Source: an uncultured Gammaproteobacteria bacterium (GTDB lineage Bacteria; Patescibacteriota; Microgenomatia; CAZETR01; Amesbacteraceae). Taken from it: DNA of 64,000 nt. The notes below the pieces were generated by a model. It made no database searches. It had not been told where the DNA came from and saw only the letters and a list, made by a program, of their open reading frames with translations. Every line of letters begins with the position of its first letter. Positions within the stretch are counted from its first letter, which is position 1. The stretch covers positions 920 through 64,919 of the forward strand of contig CAZWKN010000005.1 in assembly GCA_964633995.1 (NCBI GenBank). Reading direction: 5' to 3'. A program made the position numbers and the translations under genes. Below are positions 47,339 through 55,066 of the stretch, piece by piece.

Positions 47339-47354
47339 GTTTAGTAGCCTACCA

Positions 47355-47385
47355 CCAAAAAACCCCGCCATCGGCGGGGTTTTTG
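47355..47385. terminator. Bidirectional rho-independent terminator
   Basis: AAAAAACCCCGCC-ATCG-GCGGGGTTTTT. Lies 18 nt downstream of the minus-strand zinc-ribbon gene. Confidence 0.75.
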
Positions 47386-47402
47386 TGATCGAAAAGCAAG
47401 GC

Positions 47403-47546
47403 TTAGGCAGCACCGATCTTATACATACCGGTTCCACAAACTGGACATTTGCCCTTCATTGCGGCCTTACCATTTTTCATCGTTACTTTTTGGGCACTAG
47501 GATCTTCTCTTTTGGTTCTACATTTTACGCAAAACATTGAAGCCAT
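47403..47546 (-). CDS. Small zinc-ribbon protein (47 aa; two CxxC pairs)
   Basis: MASMFCVKCRTKREDPSAQKVTMKNGKAAMKGKCPVCGTGMYKIGAA. Strong SD GAGGAGGTGAGG 7 nt upstream of the ATG. A terminator follows. Preferred over the overlapping + ORF 47449..47727. Confidence 0.6.
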   Translation of the reverse strand: MASMFCVKCRTKREDPSAQKVTMKNGKAAMKGKCPVCGTGMYKIGAA

Positions 47547-47821
47547 GACTGCCTCACCTCCTCTCGATTCTCAAATTTGTAATAATGATTTAACACTTTG
47601 CCATCCTCCATGGTCTAGCCACCTGGCCAAAGCTAATTGTAAAAGCAAGGCAAGGATAGTCACGATCCCGGTTCTTGTCAAGTCGAAGACTATTTGCTTC
47701 ATCGGCAAATTTAGCTCGGGTGTATAAAAACTTCCCTTCATCACCCAACCATACCACACCTATTCAAGCACGGCAACGCAGCACTGGAAAACTCTGCCTT
47801 TTTAAGTTATCCTTAACAAAC

Positions 47822-49003
47822 ATGTTATTAAACAAGAAAACACTCGGCTATGTCTTAGGGGCTATTTCTATTTTTTCGCTTTCAGCCATTGTCTCCTTTA
47901 GTATTTTCAAATCTGTAAAAAGTTATCCGTCGCAAGTTGTTCCCGTTCCCACCCCAGCAAAATCAACTTCTAAAAAATCAAAAATAGACCCCAAGATTCC
48001 CAGGACCGAAGTTTGTCCTATCAATGGCTTGCTTTATACCAAGGGTGAAAAAGACATCTGGGTCACCAGAAGGCCCATCGCCGCCATGATAGAAAATCAT
48101 GAAGACTCTCGTCCCGCTTCGGGATTGAGTAGCGCGGATGTGGTTTATGAAGCCGTAGCGGAAGGCGGGATAACTCGTTTCATGGGCATCTTCTACTGCA
48201 ATATTTCAGAAAACACGACCCTGGCTCCTGTCAGGAGCGCCCGTATTTACTTCGTCAAACTTCTTTCGGAATACGATCCTCTGTATAACCATGTGGGCGG
48301 TGCCGGAAATTGCGATGATCCCACCGTCGATGATCGTGCCAAAGCGCTATGTTTTCTAAGGAGAAACAATATCAAAGACATGGATCAATTTGGTCGTGCT
48401 GGGGATTTTAAGACCTGTCATCGGTTAACCAATCGACTGGACCAGGACGTCGCCTATGAGCACACCATGGGCTGTTGGACAGACGAGCTGTACAAGGCCG
48501 CCGCCAAAAACGATTGGACAAATGTCGACGAAAAAGGGGTCCCTTGGGACAAAAATTTCAAACCCTGGAAATTCAAAGATGATTCCAAGCAAGCTGGGAT
48601 TGTTAATCGCATAGCCTTCGATTTTTGGAAATCCAAGCAACTTTACTCTGTAGTTTGGAACTACGACTCAGGAAGTAACTCGTATCTTAGAGAAAATGGT
48701 GGTCAAAAGGCGATTGATTTAAACACCGATGAACAACTCGCCGCCAAAAACGTTGTCATCCAATTTGTCCCAGAGACAGGGCCATTGGATGAACATCTTC
48801 ACATGTATTATGAGATAACCGGGACCGGCAAGGCTCTAATCTTTCAAGATGGGGGAGTAATTGCAGGAACATGGTCCAAACTATCTCTCTCATCCAGAAC
48901 CAGATTTTATGACGCCAAAGGCGTGGAAATAGCGCTAAATAAAGGCCAAACATGGGTCGAGCTTCTTCCCAAAGGCAACGCCGTAGACTATCCTCAACCA
49001 TAA
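47822..49003 (+). CDS. DUF3048-like (YerB-type) secreted or lipoprotein-like protein
   Basis: N-terminal TM or signal, then ...VTRRPIAAMIENHEDSRPASGLSSADVVYEAVAEGGITRFMGIFY... resembling the DUF3048 core. Start set at MLLNKK (47822) rather than 47675. Confidence 0.55.
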   Translation: MLLNKKTLGYVLGAISIFSLSAIVSFSIFKSVKSYPSQVVPVPTPAKSTSKKSKIDPKIPRTEVCPINGLLYTKGEKDIWVTRRPIAAMIENHEDSRPASGLSSADVVYEAVAEGGITRFMGIFYCNISENTTLAPVRSARIYFVKLLSEYDPLYNHVGGAGNCDDPTVDDRAKALCFLRRNNIKDMDQFGRAGDFKTCHRLTNRLDQDVAYEHTMGCWTDELYKAAAKNDWTNVDEKGVPWDKNFKPWKFKDDSKQAGIVNRIAFDFWKSKQLYSVVWNYDSGSNSYLRENGGQKAIDLNTDEQLAAKNVVIQFVPETGPLDEHLHMYYEITGTGKALIFQDGGVIAGTWSKLSLSSRTRFYDAKGVEIALNKGQTWVELLPKGNAVDYPQP

Positions 49004-49071
49004 CTGCTCACACATTGTCCTCAATCCTCTTGATTTTCTCAACACTTCTGGTATCTTCAACTTAACAAACT

Positions 49072-49650
49072 ATGCTAAAAGATCTATTCATCTCCAAGGC
49101 CCGGGTTCACATTCTCGAAACATTTCTTTCTGATCCCACTCAAATGTTTCATGTGCGTGATTTAGTCAGAAGAACAGGGGAAGAAATAAATGCTATTCGT
49201 CGTGAATTGTTGCGCATGGAAGAAGCTGGTATGGTCAAGAAAGAACCTCGTGGTAACAGGCTTTATTACTGGTTTCGGAAAGATTACGTTTACTATTCGG
49301 ATCTATTAAGTTTAGTTGCCAAAAACGTCGGTCTTGGTGCAGACCTCATTAAAAACAAATCTAAATTGGGTAGGGTTTCATTCATCATGCTTTCAGGTCG
49401 CTTCGTCCGCCATCAGCCCAAAAAAACTCCCGACGAAGTAGAGTTATTAGTTGTTGGTGATATCGTTCTTCCTGAATTGGCCAGTATTGTTAGGGCCGAA
49501 GAGACCAAACGGGGTCAGGCAATTAATTACACACCCATGACCGACGACGAATTAAAGTTTAGAAGAAGCCGCAGAGACCCGTTTCTTCTTGGCATTTTGA
49601 CCGGAGGTCGGGTTATAATTCTAGGGTCCGAAGAAGACCTGGTGGGTTAA
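49072..49650 (+). CDS. Winged-helix transcriptional regulator-like protein with an uncharacterized C-terminal domain
   Basis: N-terminal wHTH-like segment (ARVHILETFLSDP...VRDLVRRTGEEINAIRRELLRMEEAGMV). 192 aa. Confidence 0.4.
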   Translation: MLKDLFISKARVHILETFLSDPTQMFHVRDLVRRTGEEINAIRRELLRMEEAGMVKKEPRGNRLYYWFRKDYVYYSDLLSLVAKNVGLGADLIKNKSKLGRVSFIMLSGRFVRHQPKKTPDEVELLVVGDIVLPELASIVRAEETKRGQAINYTPMTDDELKFRRSRRDPFLLGILTGGRVIILGSEEDLVG

Positions 49651-49833
49651 ATGCAACATAAAATACTAAAAACAGGCCACAGTCTTTGTGTGACAATTCC
49701 TGCAAATTTCGCCCAGGTTTTGGGTCTAAAGCCCGGACAGCCTGTCAAAGCCGAAGTTAACATGCTAGACCAAACTCTTACATACAAATTTACCAGCGTA
49801 GGCCAGCTTACCCTACTGCCGTCTTCAAAATAA
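49651..49833 (+). CDS. AbrB/MazE/SpoVT-family swapped-hairpin DNA-binding protein
   Basis: KTGHSLCVTIPANFAQVLGLKPGQPVKAEV matches the SpoVT/AbrB fold motif. 60 aa. No toxin gene follows. Confidence 0.55.
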   Translation: MQHKILKTGHSLCVTIPANFAQVLGLKPGQPVKAEVNMLDQTLTYKFTSVGQLTLLPSSK

Positions 49834-49834
49834 T

Positions 49835-51124
49835 ATGCGTTTTTTTCTGCTGATTTCGTTCTTGCTCACATTTCTTTTGCTGGTTCTAATGCCAAAAAGT
49901 TTTAAACTCGGGCCTCGTACTTTTTATCGCCCAGTGATCAACGTGGGTTTTCAAAATTTAAAGTTCCAACGCGATTTAGACTTTCGTCTGGGCTTAGATC
50001 TCCAGGGGGGGACTCATTTAGCTTATCAAGCCGACGTCAAAAAAATTCCCGCCAAAGATAGAGATCAGGCAATTTCCGCCACTCGCCAAAACATAGAACG
50101 GAGGGTCAATTTATTAGGTGTCTCGGAAGCGCTTGTCCAGACATCAAAAACCGGTGATGACTATCGACTGATTGTAGAGTTGCCGGGAGCAAAAAACATC
50201 AAAGCGGCCTTACAAACTATCGGAGCTACCGCCCAGCTGGATTTTCGGGAAGTAGATCAGGCGACACCCGGCGCCGAACCGGTATTTACCCCCACCGATT
50301 TAACCGGTAAAGAACTTCAATTAGCCCAAGTTCAGTTTGGGGCAGGGGGAAATTCCGTAGGTAGCGAACCCTCGGTAGCCTTACAATTTTCAGAAGAAGG
50401 TGGTAAAAAATTTGCCGAAATTACCAAAAAAAGCATTGGCAAGCCATTGGCGATTTTTCTTGATGATCAAATTATAACCGCCCCAGTAGTCCGCGATGCC
50501 ATTACCGATGGCCGGGCCGTTATTAGTGGTAAGTTTAGTCTCGAAGACGCCAAGAGACTGGCAATTCAGTTAAACGCCGGAGCCCTTCCGGTTCCTATAA
50601 AAGTTATTGAACAAAGGAGTATCGGGGCTACCTTGGGAACGGAATCCATCGCCAAAAGTTTATTTGCGGGCTTGGTCGGTCTTCTTGTCATTTGGGCCTT
50701 CATGCTAATCAATTACGGTTTCAAGGGCTTACTTGCCAACATTGCCCTCACCATTTACGTATTAATCTCACTGGCCGCATTCAAATTAATCCCCGTTACC
50801 CTAACATTGGCTGGCATCGCCGGATTTGTCTTGTCGGTGGGTATGGCCGTGGATGCCAATATCCTTATTTTTGAGCGCATCAAGGAAGAAGTCCGCTGGG
50901 GTCGTCCCCGTCATGCCGCGCTGGAACTAGGATTTCACCGGGCCTGGAGTTCGGTTCGGGATTCAAACGTTAGCTCGCTTATTACAGCCGGTATTCTTTT
51001 CTGGTTTGGTAGTGGGCCGGTTAGGGGTTTTGCTCTGACCCTGATCTTTGGTATTTTAATTTCGCTATTTACATCCATTACCATCACCCGGGGATTGTTG
51101 AGAGCTACAGGAGGTAGGGCATGA
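49835..51124 (+). CDS. secD: Protein translocase subunit SecD
   Basis: N-terminal TM, periplasmic domain LGLDLQGGTHLAYQAD, and C-terminal 6-TM bundle. Confidence 0.9.
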   Translation: MRFFLLISFLLTFLLLVLMPKSFKLGPRTFYRPVINVGFQNLKFQRDLDFRLGLDLQGGTHLAYQADVKKIPAKDRDQAISATRQNIERRVNLLGVSEALVQTSKTGDDYRLIVELPGAKNIKAALQTIGATAQLDFREVDQATPGAEPVFTPTDLTGKELQLAQVQFGAGGNSVGSEPSVALQFSEEGGKKFAEITKKSIGKPLAIFLDDQIITAPVVRDAITDGRAVISGKFSLEDAKRLAIQLNAGALPVPIKVIEQRSIGATLGTESIAKSLFAGLVGLLVIWAFMLINYGFKGLLANIALTIYVLISLAAFKLIPVTLTLAGIAGFVLSVGMAVDANILIFERIKEEVRWGRPRHAALELGFHRAWSSVRDSNVSSLITAGILFWFGSGPVRGFALTLIFGILISLFTSITITRGLLRATGGRA

Positions 51125-52014
51125 TGGGTATTCCATTCATGAAATACAAATGGGCTTACTTTGCCATTTCTTTATTGGTGCTTATTCCAGGATCAATTTC
51201 TTTGGTCGTCTTCGGTCTTCGCCTTTCGGTCGATTTTACCGGAGGAAGTCTTTTGGAAATTCAATCCAAATCTGCCATTTCCCAGCAGGTATTCAAAGAC
51301 ACTGCAAGCAAGTCGCATCTGGAACTTTCCTCCGTAGTTACCTCAAGCGATCTTGTATATTTACTTCGTTTCAAGCCGCTTACTCAGGCTCAAAACGACA
51401 CTTTCAAATTAGAGTTGGAAAAAGCAGCTGGAAAAATAACCGAACGGCGGTTTGAAACGGTTGGCCCGGCTATTGGTTCCGAATTAACCAAAAAAGCTAT
51501 CTTGTCAATTGTTGTGGCCTCGCTGTTTATTATTCTTTACATCTCCTGGGCTTTTAGGACAATTCCCAAACCGTATACTTCGTGGAAATTTGGTGTGTCA
51601 GCGGTCGTTGCCCTTATACACGACGCCCTGGTTGTCTTGGGTATATTTTCCATTTTTGGTCATTATTATAAAGTCGAAGTCGATTCCTTGTTTATTACCG
51701 CCCTCTTAACAGTTATCGGTTTTTCGGTTCATGACACCATAGTTGTTTTTGACAGGATCAGAGAAAATATGCCCAAACTTCCCAAAGCATCATTCTCGGA
51801 CGTAGTCGATTTCTCTCTTACTGAAACCCTTGGTAGATCGTTAAACACTTCGCTTACCGTGGTGCTTACACTTACTTCCCTGCTTCTTTTTGGAGGAGAA
51901 ACAACTCGCTGGTTTGTAACCGCTCTTCTTGTTGGAGTTGTGTCAGGCACCTTCAGTAGTATCTTCAACGCCGCCCCACTGCTTGTCTTGTGGGAAGAAA
52001 AAGGTAAAAAATAG
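51121..52014 (+). CDS. secF: Protein translocase subunit SecF
   Basis: SecF topology and conserved ...SVDFTGGS... region. Overlaps secD by 4 nt. Confidence 0.88.
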   Translation: MMGIPFMKYKWAYFAISLLVLIPGSISLVVFGLRLSVDFTGGSLLEIQSKSAISQQVFKDTASKSHLELSSVVTSSDLVYLLRFKPLTQAQNDTFKLELEKAAGKITERRFETVGPAIGSELTKKAILSIVVASLFIILYISWAFRTIPKPYTSWKFGVSAVVALIHDALVVLGIFSIFGHYYKVEVDSLFITALLTVIGFSVHDTIVVFDRIRENMPKLPKASFSDVVDFSLTETLGRSLNTSLTVVLTLTSLLLFGGETTRWFVTALLVGVVSGTFSSIFNAAPLLVLWEEKGKK

Positions 52015-52028
52015 TCTAGAATGACTTT

Positions 52029-52388
52029 GTGAACCTCAGATATAACAGAGTTTCTCTTAAACCACGTCGCAGACAATTAAGAAAAAATTCAACTCATTGT
52101 GAACAGTTGTTATGGGGAGAAATTAGAAACAGGAAGCTCAAATATAAATTTATTAGGCAGTATAGCGTAGATGGTTATGTAATGGATTTTTATTCACCGG
52201 AAGCAAGATTGGGAATCGAGATCGAAGGGGAGATTCATAAATTTACAAAGAAATACGATAAATATCGAGAAAAATATATAAGTGCGTTTTGGATAAAGAT
52301 TTTAAAATTTAAGAACGATGATATCCAAAACAATATTACCTTTGTCGTGGAAACAATAAAACGAAACCTTGACTCCCCCTCTATTTAA
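52029..52388 (+). CDS. DUF559 (Vsr-like endonuclease-fold) domain protein, copy 2; C-terminus and stop are supplied by the repeat loop
   Basis: ...LLWGEIRNRKLKYKFIRQYSVDGYVMDFYSPEARLGIEIEGEIH... The last codons ..SPSI plus TAA lie inside the palindromic element at 52375. Confidence 0.7.
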   Translation: MNLRYNRVSLKPRRRQLRKNSTHCEQLLWGEIRNRKLKYKFIRQYSVDGYVMDFYSPEARLGIEIEGEIHKFTKKYDKYREKYISAFWIKILKFKNDDIQNNITFVVETIKRNLDSPSI

Positions 52389-52487
52389 CTAAAGAGAGGG
52401 GGGCTGGGGGGTGAGTTAAACACAAACAAATCAAGTTTTCTCCCCCTCTATTTAACTAAAGAGAGGGGGGCTGGGGGGTGAGTTACA
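52375..52487. repeat. Two tandem copies (about 66-nt spacing) of the palindromic element, variant loop TATTTAACTAAAG
   Basis: CCCCCTCTA-TTTAACTAA-AGAGAGGGGGG CTGGGGGGTGAG occurs twice. Confidence 0.85.
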
Positions 52488-53685
52488 CCTTCAACTTCCC
52501 TTTAGTAATCTCCCCCAAATTAGCCAAAATATTTGATTTAAAGTTAAAAGTTAATTGCGACTTTTCTTCATATCTTTTTTCAGCCAGTGCTATCAACTTA
52601 TCCAAAAAGCTGGCATAAGTGTAACCCGATGCAGTCCATAGGAAATGCGCCAAACTTCCGGGAATGGTGTTCAATTCGTTTATATAAATCATTTTCTCAT
52701 CCCGGCTTACTAGAAAATCTGCTCTAGTAAAACCAAATCCGTCGATAGCCGAAAAAGCTTGTTTAGCAAAGTCACTGATCTTTTTCAAAGTACCAGGTTT
52801 TATTGGAGCCGGAATAATGTGTTGGCCCGACGCCATGCCGGCGTTTTTTAGCCCGGTTTTTGTCCCCTTAGACATGTATTTGTCCTCATATGACAGAAGT
52901 CCTTTAGAAGGTACATATTCGCACACAGATGTTTCCAATTCGTCGCCAGAATTACCCATCACCGAAATATTTATTTCCATAAAATTCTCCGCCGATTCCT
53001 CGACCAAAATTTTTCGGTCATAAAAGCACGCCACGTCAATCGCATCTTTCAATTCGGTGGTGGTAGTGGCTCTGGAAATACCAATACTGGATCCACCATT
53101 GCACGGCTTTACATACACCGGCAATTTAAGTTTAGTTAATTTGCGCAATATCATTTCGGCATTTTCTCTCCAGTCCTTCCTGAAAAAATACTGATACTTA
53201 ACTTGTGGGAGGCCGGCCTGAGTAAAAATTTGTTTTTGGATGATTTTGTCCATCCCAAGCGCGGATCCCACTACTCCACATCCTACATATGGCACATTTA
53301 ACAACTCCAATAGTCCCTGTGTGCAACCATCCTCGCCGTTCGTGCCATGAAAAATAGGGAAAATTACATCAGCCTGTTCCAGGGTCTGTATCAGGTTGGT
53401 AGACCCAATCGCCCGAATCTGTTTTGCCAACTTGCCCTTGTCGCTCAAAGAAATCGTCACGCCCGGATTGTTTTCTTCCAATGAAACCAAATCTTTATAT
53501 TTATTGGGGGAAAGAAAAGCATCGTTGCCCAAAATCCACTTACCCGATTTACTGACATAAATAGGTACCAGGTCATACTTGGACCTGTCCAGGTTTTCCA
53601 TTGCTTGGAGTGCCGAAATAATCGAAATCTCATGCTCAGTCGACTTTCCTCCAAACAACACCACCAATCTCTTTTTGGTCATCAC
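52483..53685 (-). CDS. ddl: D-alanine--D-alanine ligase
   Basis: N-terminal LVVLFGGKSTEHEISIISA and an ATP-grasp domain. 400 aa. Confidence 0.85.
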   Translation of the reverse strand: MMTKKRLVVLFGGKSTEHEISIISALQAMENLDRSKYDLVPIYVSKSGKWILGNDAFLSPNKYKDLVSLEENNPGVTISLSDKGKLAKQIRAIGSTNLIQTLEQADVIFPIFHGTNGEDGCTQGLLELLNVPYVGCGVVGSALGMDKIIQKQIFTQAGLPQVKYQYFFRKDWRENAEMILRKLTKLKLPVYVKPCNGGSSIGISRATTTTELKDAIDVACFYDRKILVEESAENFMEINISVMGNSGDELETSVCEYVPSKGLLSYEDKYMSKGTKTGLKNAGMASGQHIIPAPIKPGTLKKISDFAKQAFSAIDGFGFTRADFLVSRDEKMIYINELNTIPGSLAHFLWTASGYTYASFLDKLIALAEKRYEEKSQLTFNFKSNILANLGEITKGKLKV

Positions 53686-55049
53686 AACGATTCTAGCACA
53701 CCGATCAAAACTTCTCTTTCATTGGCTATCCCATTATTTACCACCTCGTCAAACAATTGTTGCAGATATTTACCCACTTCTGGGCCGGGGCCTATTTTCT
53801 TAATCTCCATCACATCTTTTCCGCTTACTTTCAAGTCAGGTATGGCAAAAGGTTGTACCTGTACTTCTTCAATTCGCCTCTTGTATTCTTCCAGTCTCCA
53901 GCTCGTTTCCCTAGCTCCACCTCCCAATCGGTCGCCGGTTCTAAGAGCCAGCATGTCAGAGATATTATCTTTACCCACGTTGACAATAAATCTTCTAATT
54001 GCCGAATCAGTCTGCCGCTCATCTACGCTAAACTGGTGCCACCTCACCAATCTGACAAACTTATCTTTTTGGTCGTTTGAAAACCTTAATCTCCCGGCAA
54101 TGTCCTCTGCAATTCTGGCCGATTCCATCTCGTGGTTATAAAAAGTTATCCTGCCGTCAGGATATTTACGGCATGTTTTCACCTTACCTACATCGTGAAT
54201 CAGTGTTGCTAGACGGGTAATTGGATCTGTGCTGGTACACGTTCTTAGTGATTCCACGCAATGTGTCCCTACGTCATAAATATGATGTCTTCCGGGGCTT
54301 TTTTGTTCGACTCCAAATGTTTTTTCCATTTCAGGCAAAATAATTTGAGCCAACCCGGTGTTGCGGAGCAATTTATATCCGTCTGCAGGAAACTCACACG
54401 CCATAATTTTAAGCAGTTCGTCTCGGATTCTTTCAAAAGAAACTTGGCCAATTTTTTCAGAATTAGTTTTAATGGCTTCAAATGTACCTTCTTCAATAGC
54501 AAATCCCAGTTGAGCCCCAATTCTAACCGCCCTCATCATCCGCAGGGCGTCTTCAGAAAATCGGTCGTTTGGGTTCCCCACTGTCCTAATCATTCTATTT
54601 TCCAGATCATTTTTCCCATCAAACAAATCAACCAGTTCAAACTCCTTAGCACTTTGCCCTTCACCCTTCGCACTTTTTTTGAGTGCCATCGCGTTGATCG
54701 TAAAATCTCTTCGGGCCAAATCTTCGGCCAAGTCGTTTCCCCATTTCACTTCATCGGGATGTCTGCCGTCCGAATACCCATGCTCAGTACGAAATGTAGT
54801 AATTTCCAGTGGCTTACCGTCGGTTTTTACTCCCACAGTCCCAAATTTGTTGTCATAAAATCCGTTTTCGCCCACCAGTTCCAATATTTCCTCCGGCTTG
54901 GCGTTAGTTGTAAAATCCCAGTCACCCAATTCCCGTTTCAAAAAAATATCCCTGACCACTCCGCCTACTACGTATATTTCAAAACCGTTTTTTTTAAAAA
55001 GATGCAGGATATGTTGAACTTGGTCTGGTACGTCAATTTTCAATAACAT
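53682..55049 (-). CDS. cca: CCA-adding tRNA nucleotidyltransferase / poly(A) polymerase family protein with HD domain
   Basis: Pol-beta NTase head (IYVVGGVVRDIFL...GDWDFTT) and an HD domain (LIHDVGK). Confidence 0.8.
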   Translation of the reverse strand: MLLKIDVPDQVQHILHLFKKNGFEIYVVGGVVRDIFLKRELGDWDFTTNAKPEEILELVGENGFYDNKFGTVGVKTDGKPLEITTFRTEHGYSDGRHPDEVKWGNDLAEDLARRDFTINAMALKKSAKGEGQSAKEFELVDLFDGKNDLENRMIRTVGNPNDRFSEDALRMMRAVRIGAQLGFAIEEGTFEAIKTNSEKIGQVSFERIRDELLKIMACEFPADGYKLLRNTGLAQIILPEMEKTFGVEQKSPGRHHIYDVGTHCVESLRTCTSTDPITRLATLIHDVGKVKTCRKYPDGRITFYNHEMESARIAEDIAGRLRFSNDQKDKFVRLVRWHQFSVDERQTDSAIRRFIVNVGKDNISDMLALRTGDRLGGGARETSWRLEEYKRRIEEVQVQPFAIPDLKVSGKDVMEIKKIGPGPEVGKYLQQLFDEVVNNGIANEREVLIGVLESL

Positions 55050-55066
55050 GCTGTTAAAATCATATC

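Noticed and set aside
47225-47437. Minus ORF encoding a PPHPPTP-repeat peptide
   Set aside because: It is entirely encoded by the tandemly duplicated G-rich repeat tail and the bidirectional terminator. It is a repeat-derived ORF, not a gene.
47449-47727. Plus-strand 92-aa ORF
   Set aside because: It overlaps the minus-strand zinc-ribbon gene, which has a canonical strong SD, a CxxC/CxxC architecture and its own terminator. The + ORF has no RBS and begins inside the terminator region.
52375-52487. Possible CRISPR array: direct repeats with a roughly 66-nt period
   Set aside because: There are only two units. The repeats belong to the dispersed palindromic-element family found at 10 other sites, including inside ORFs. 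No cas genes and no array-like spacer series are present.
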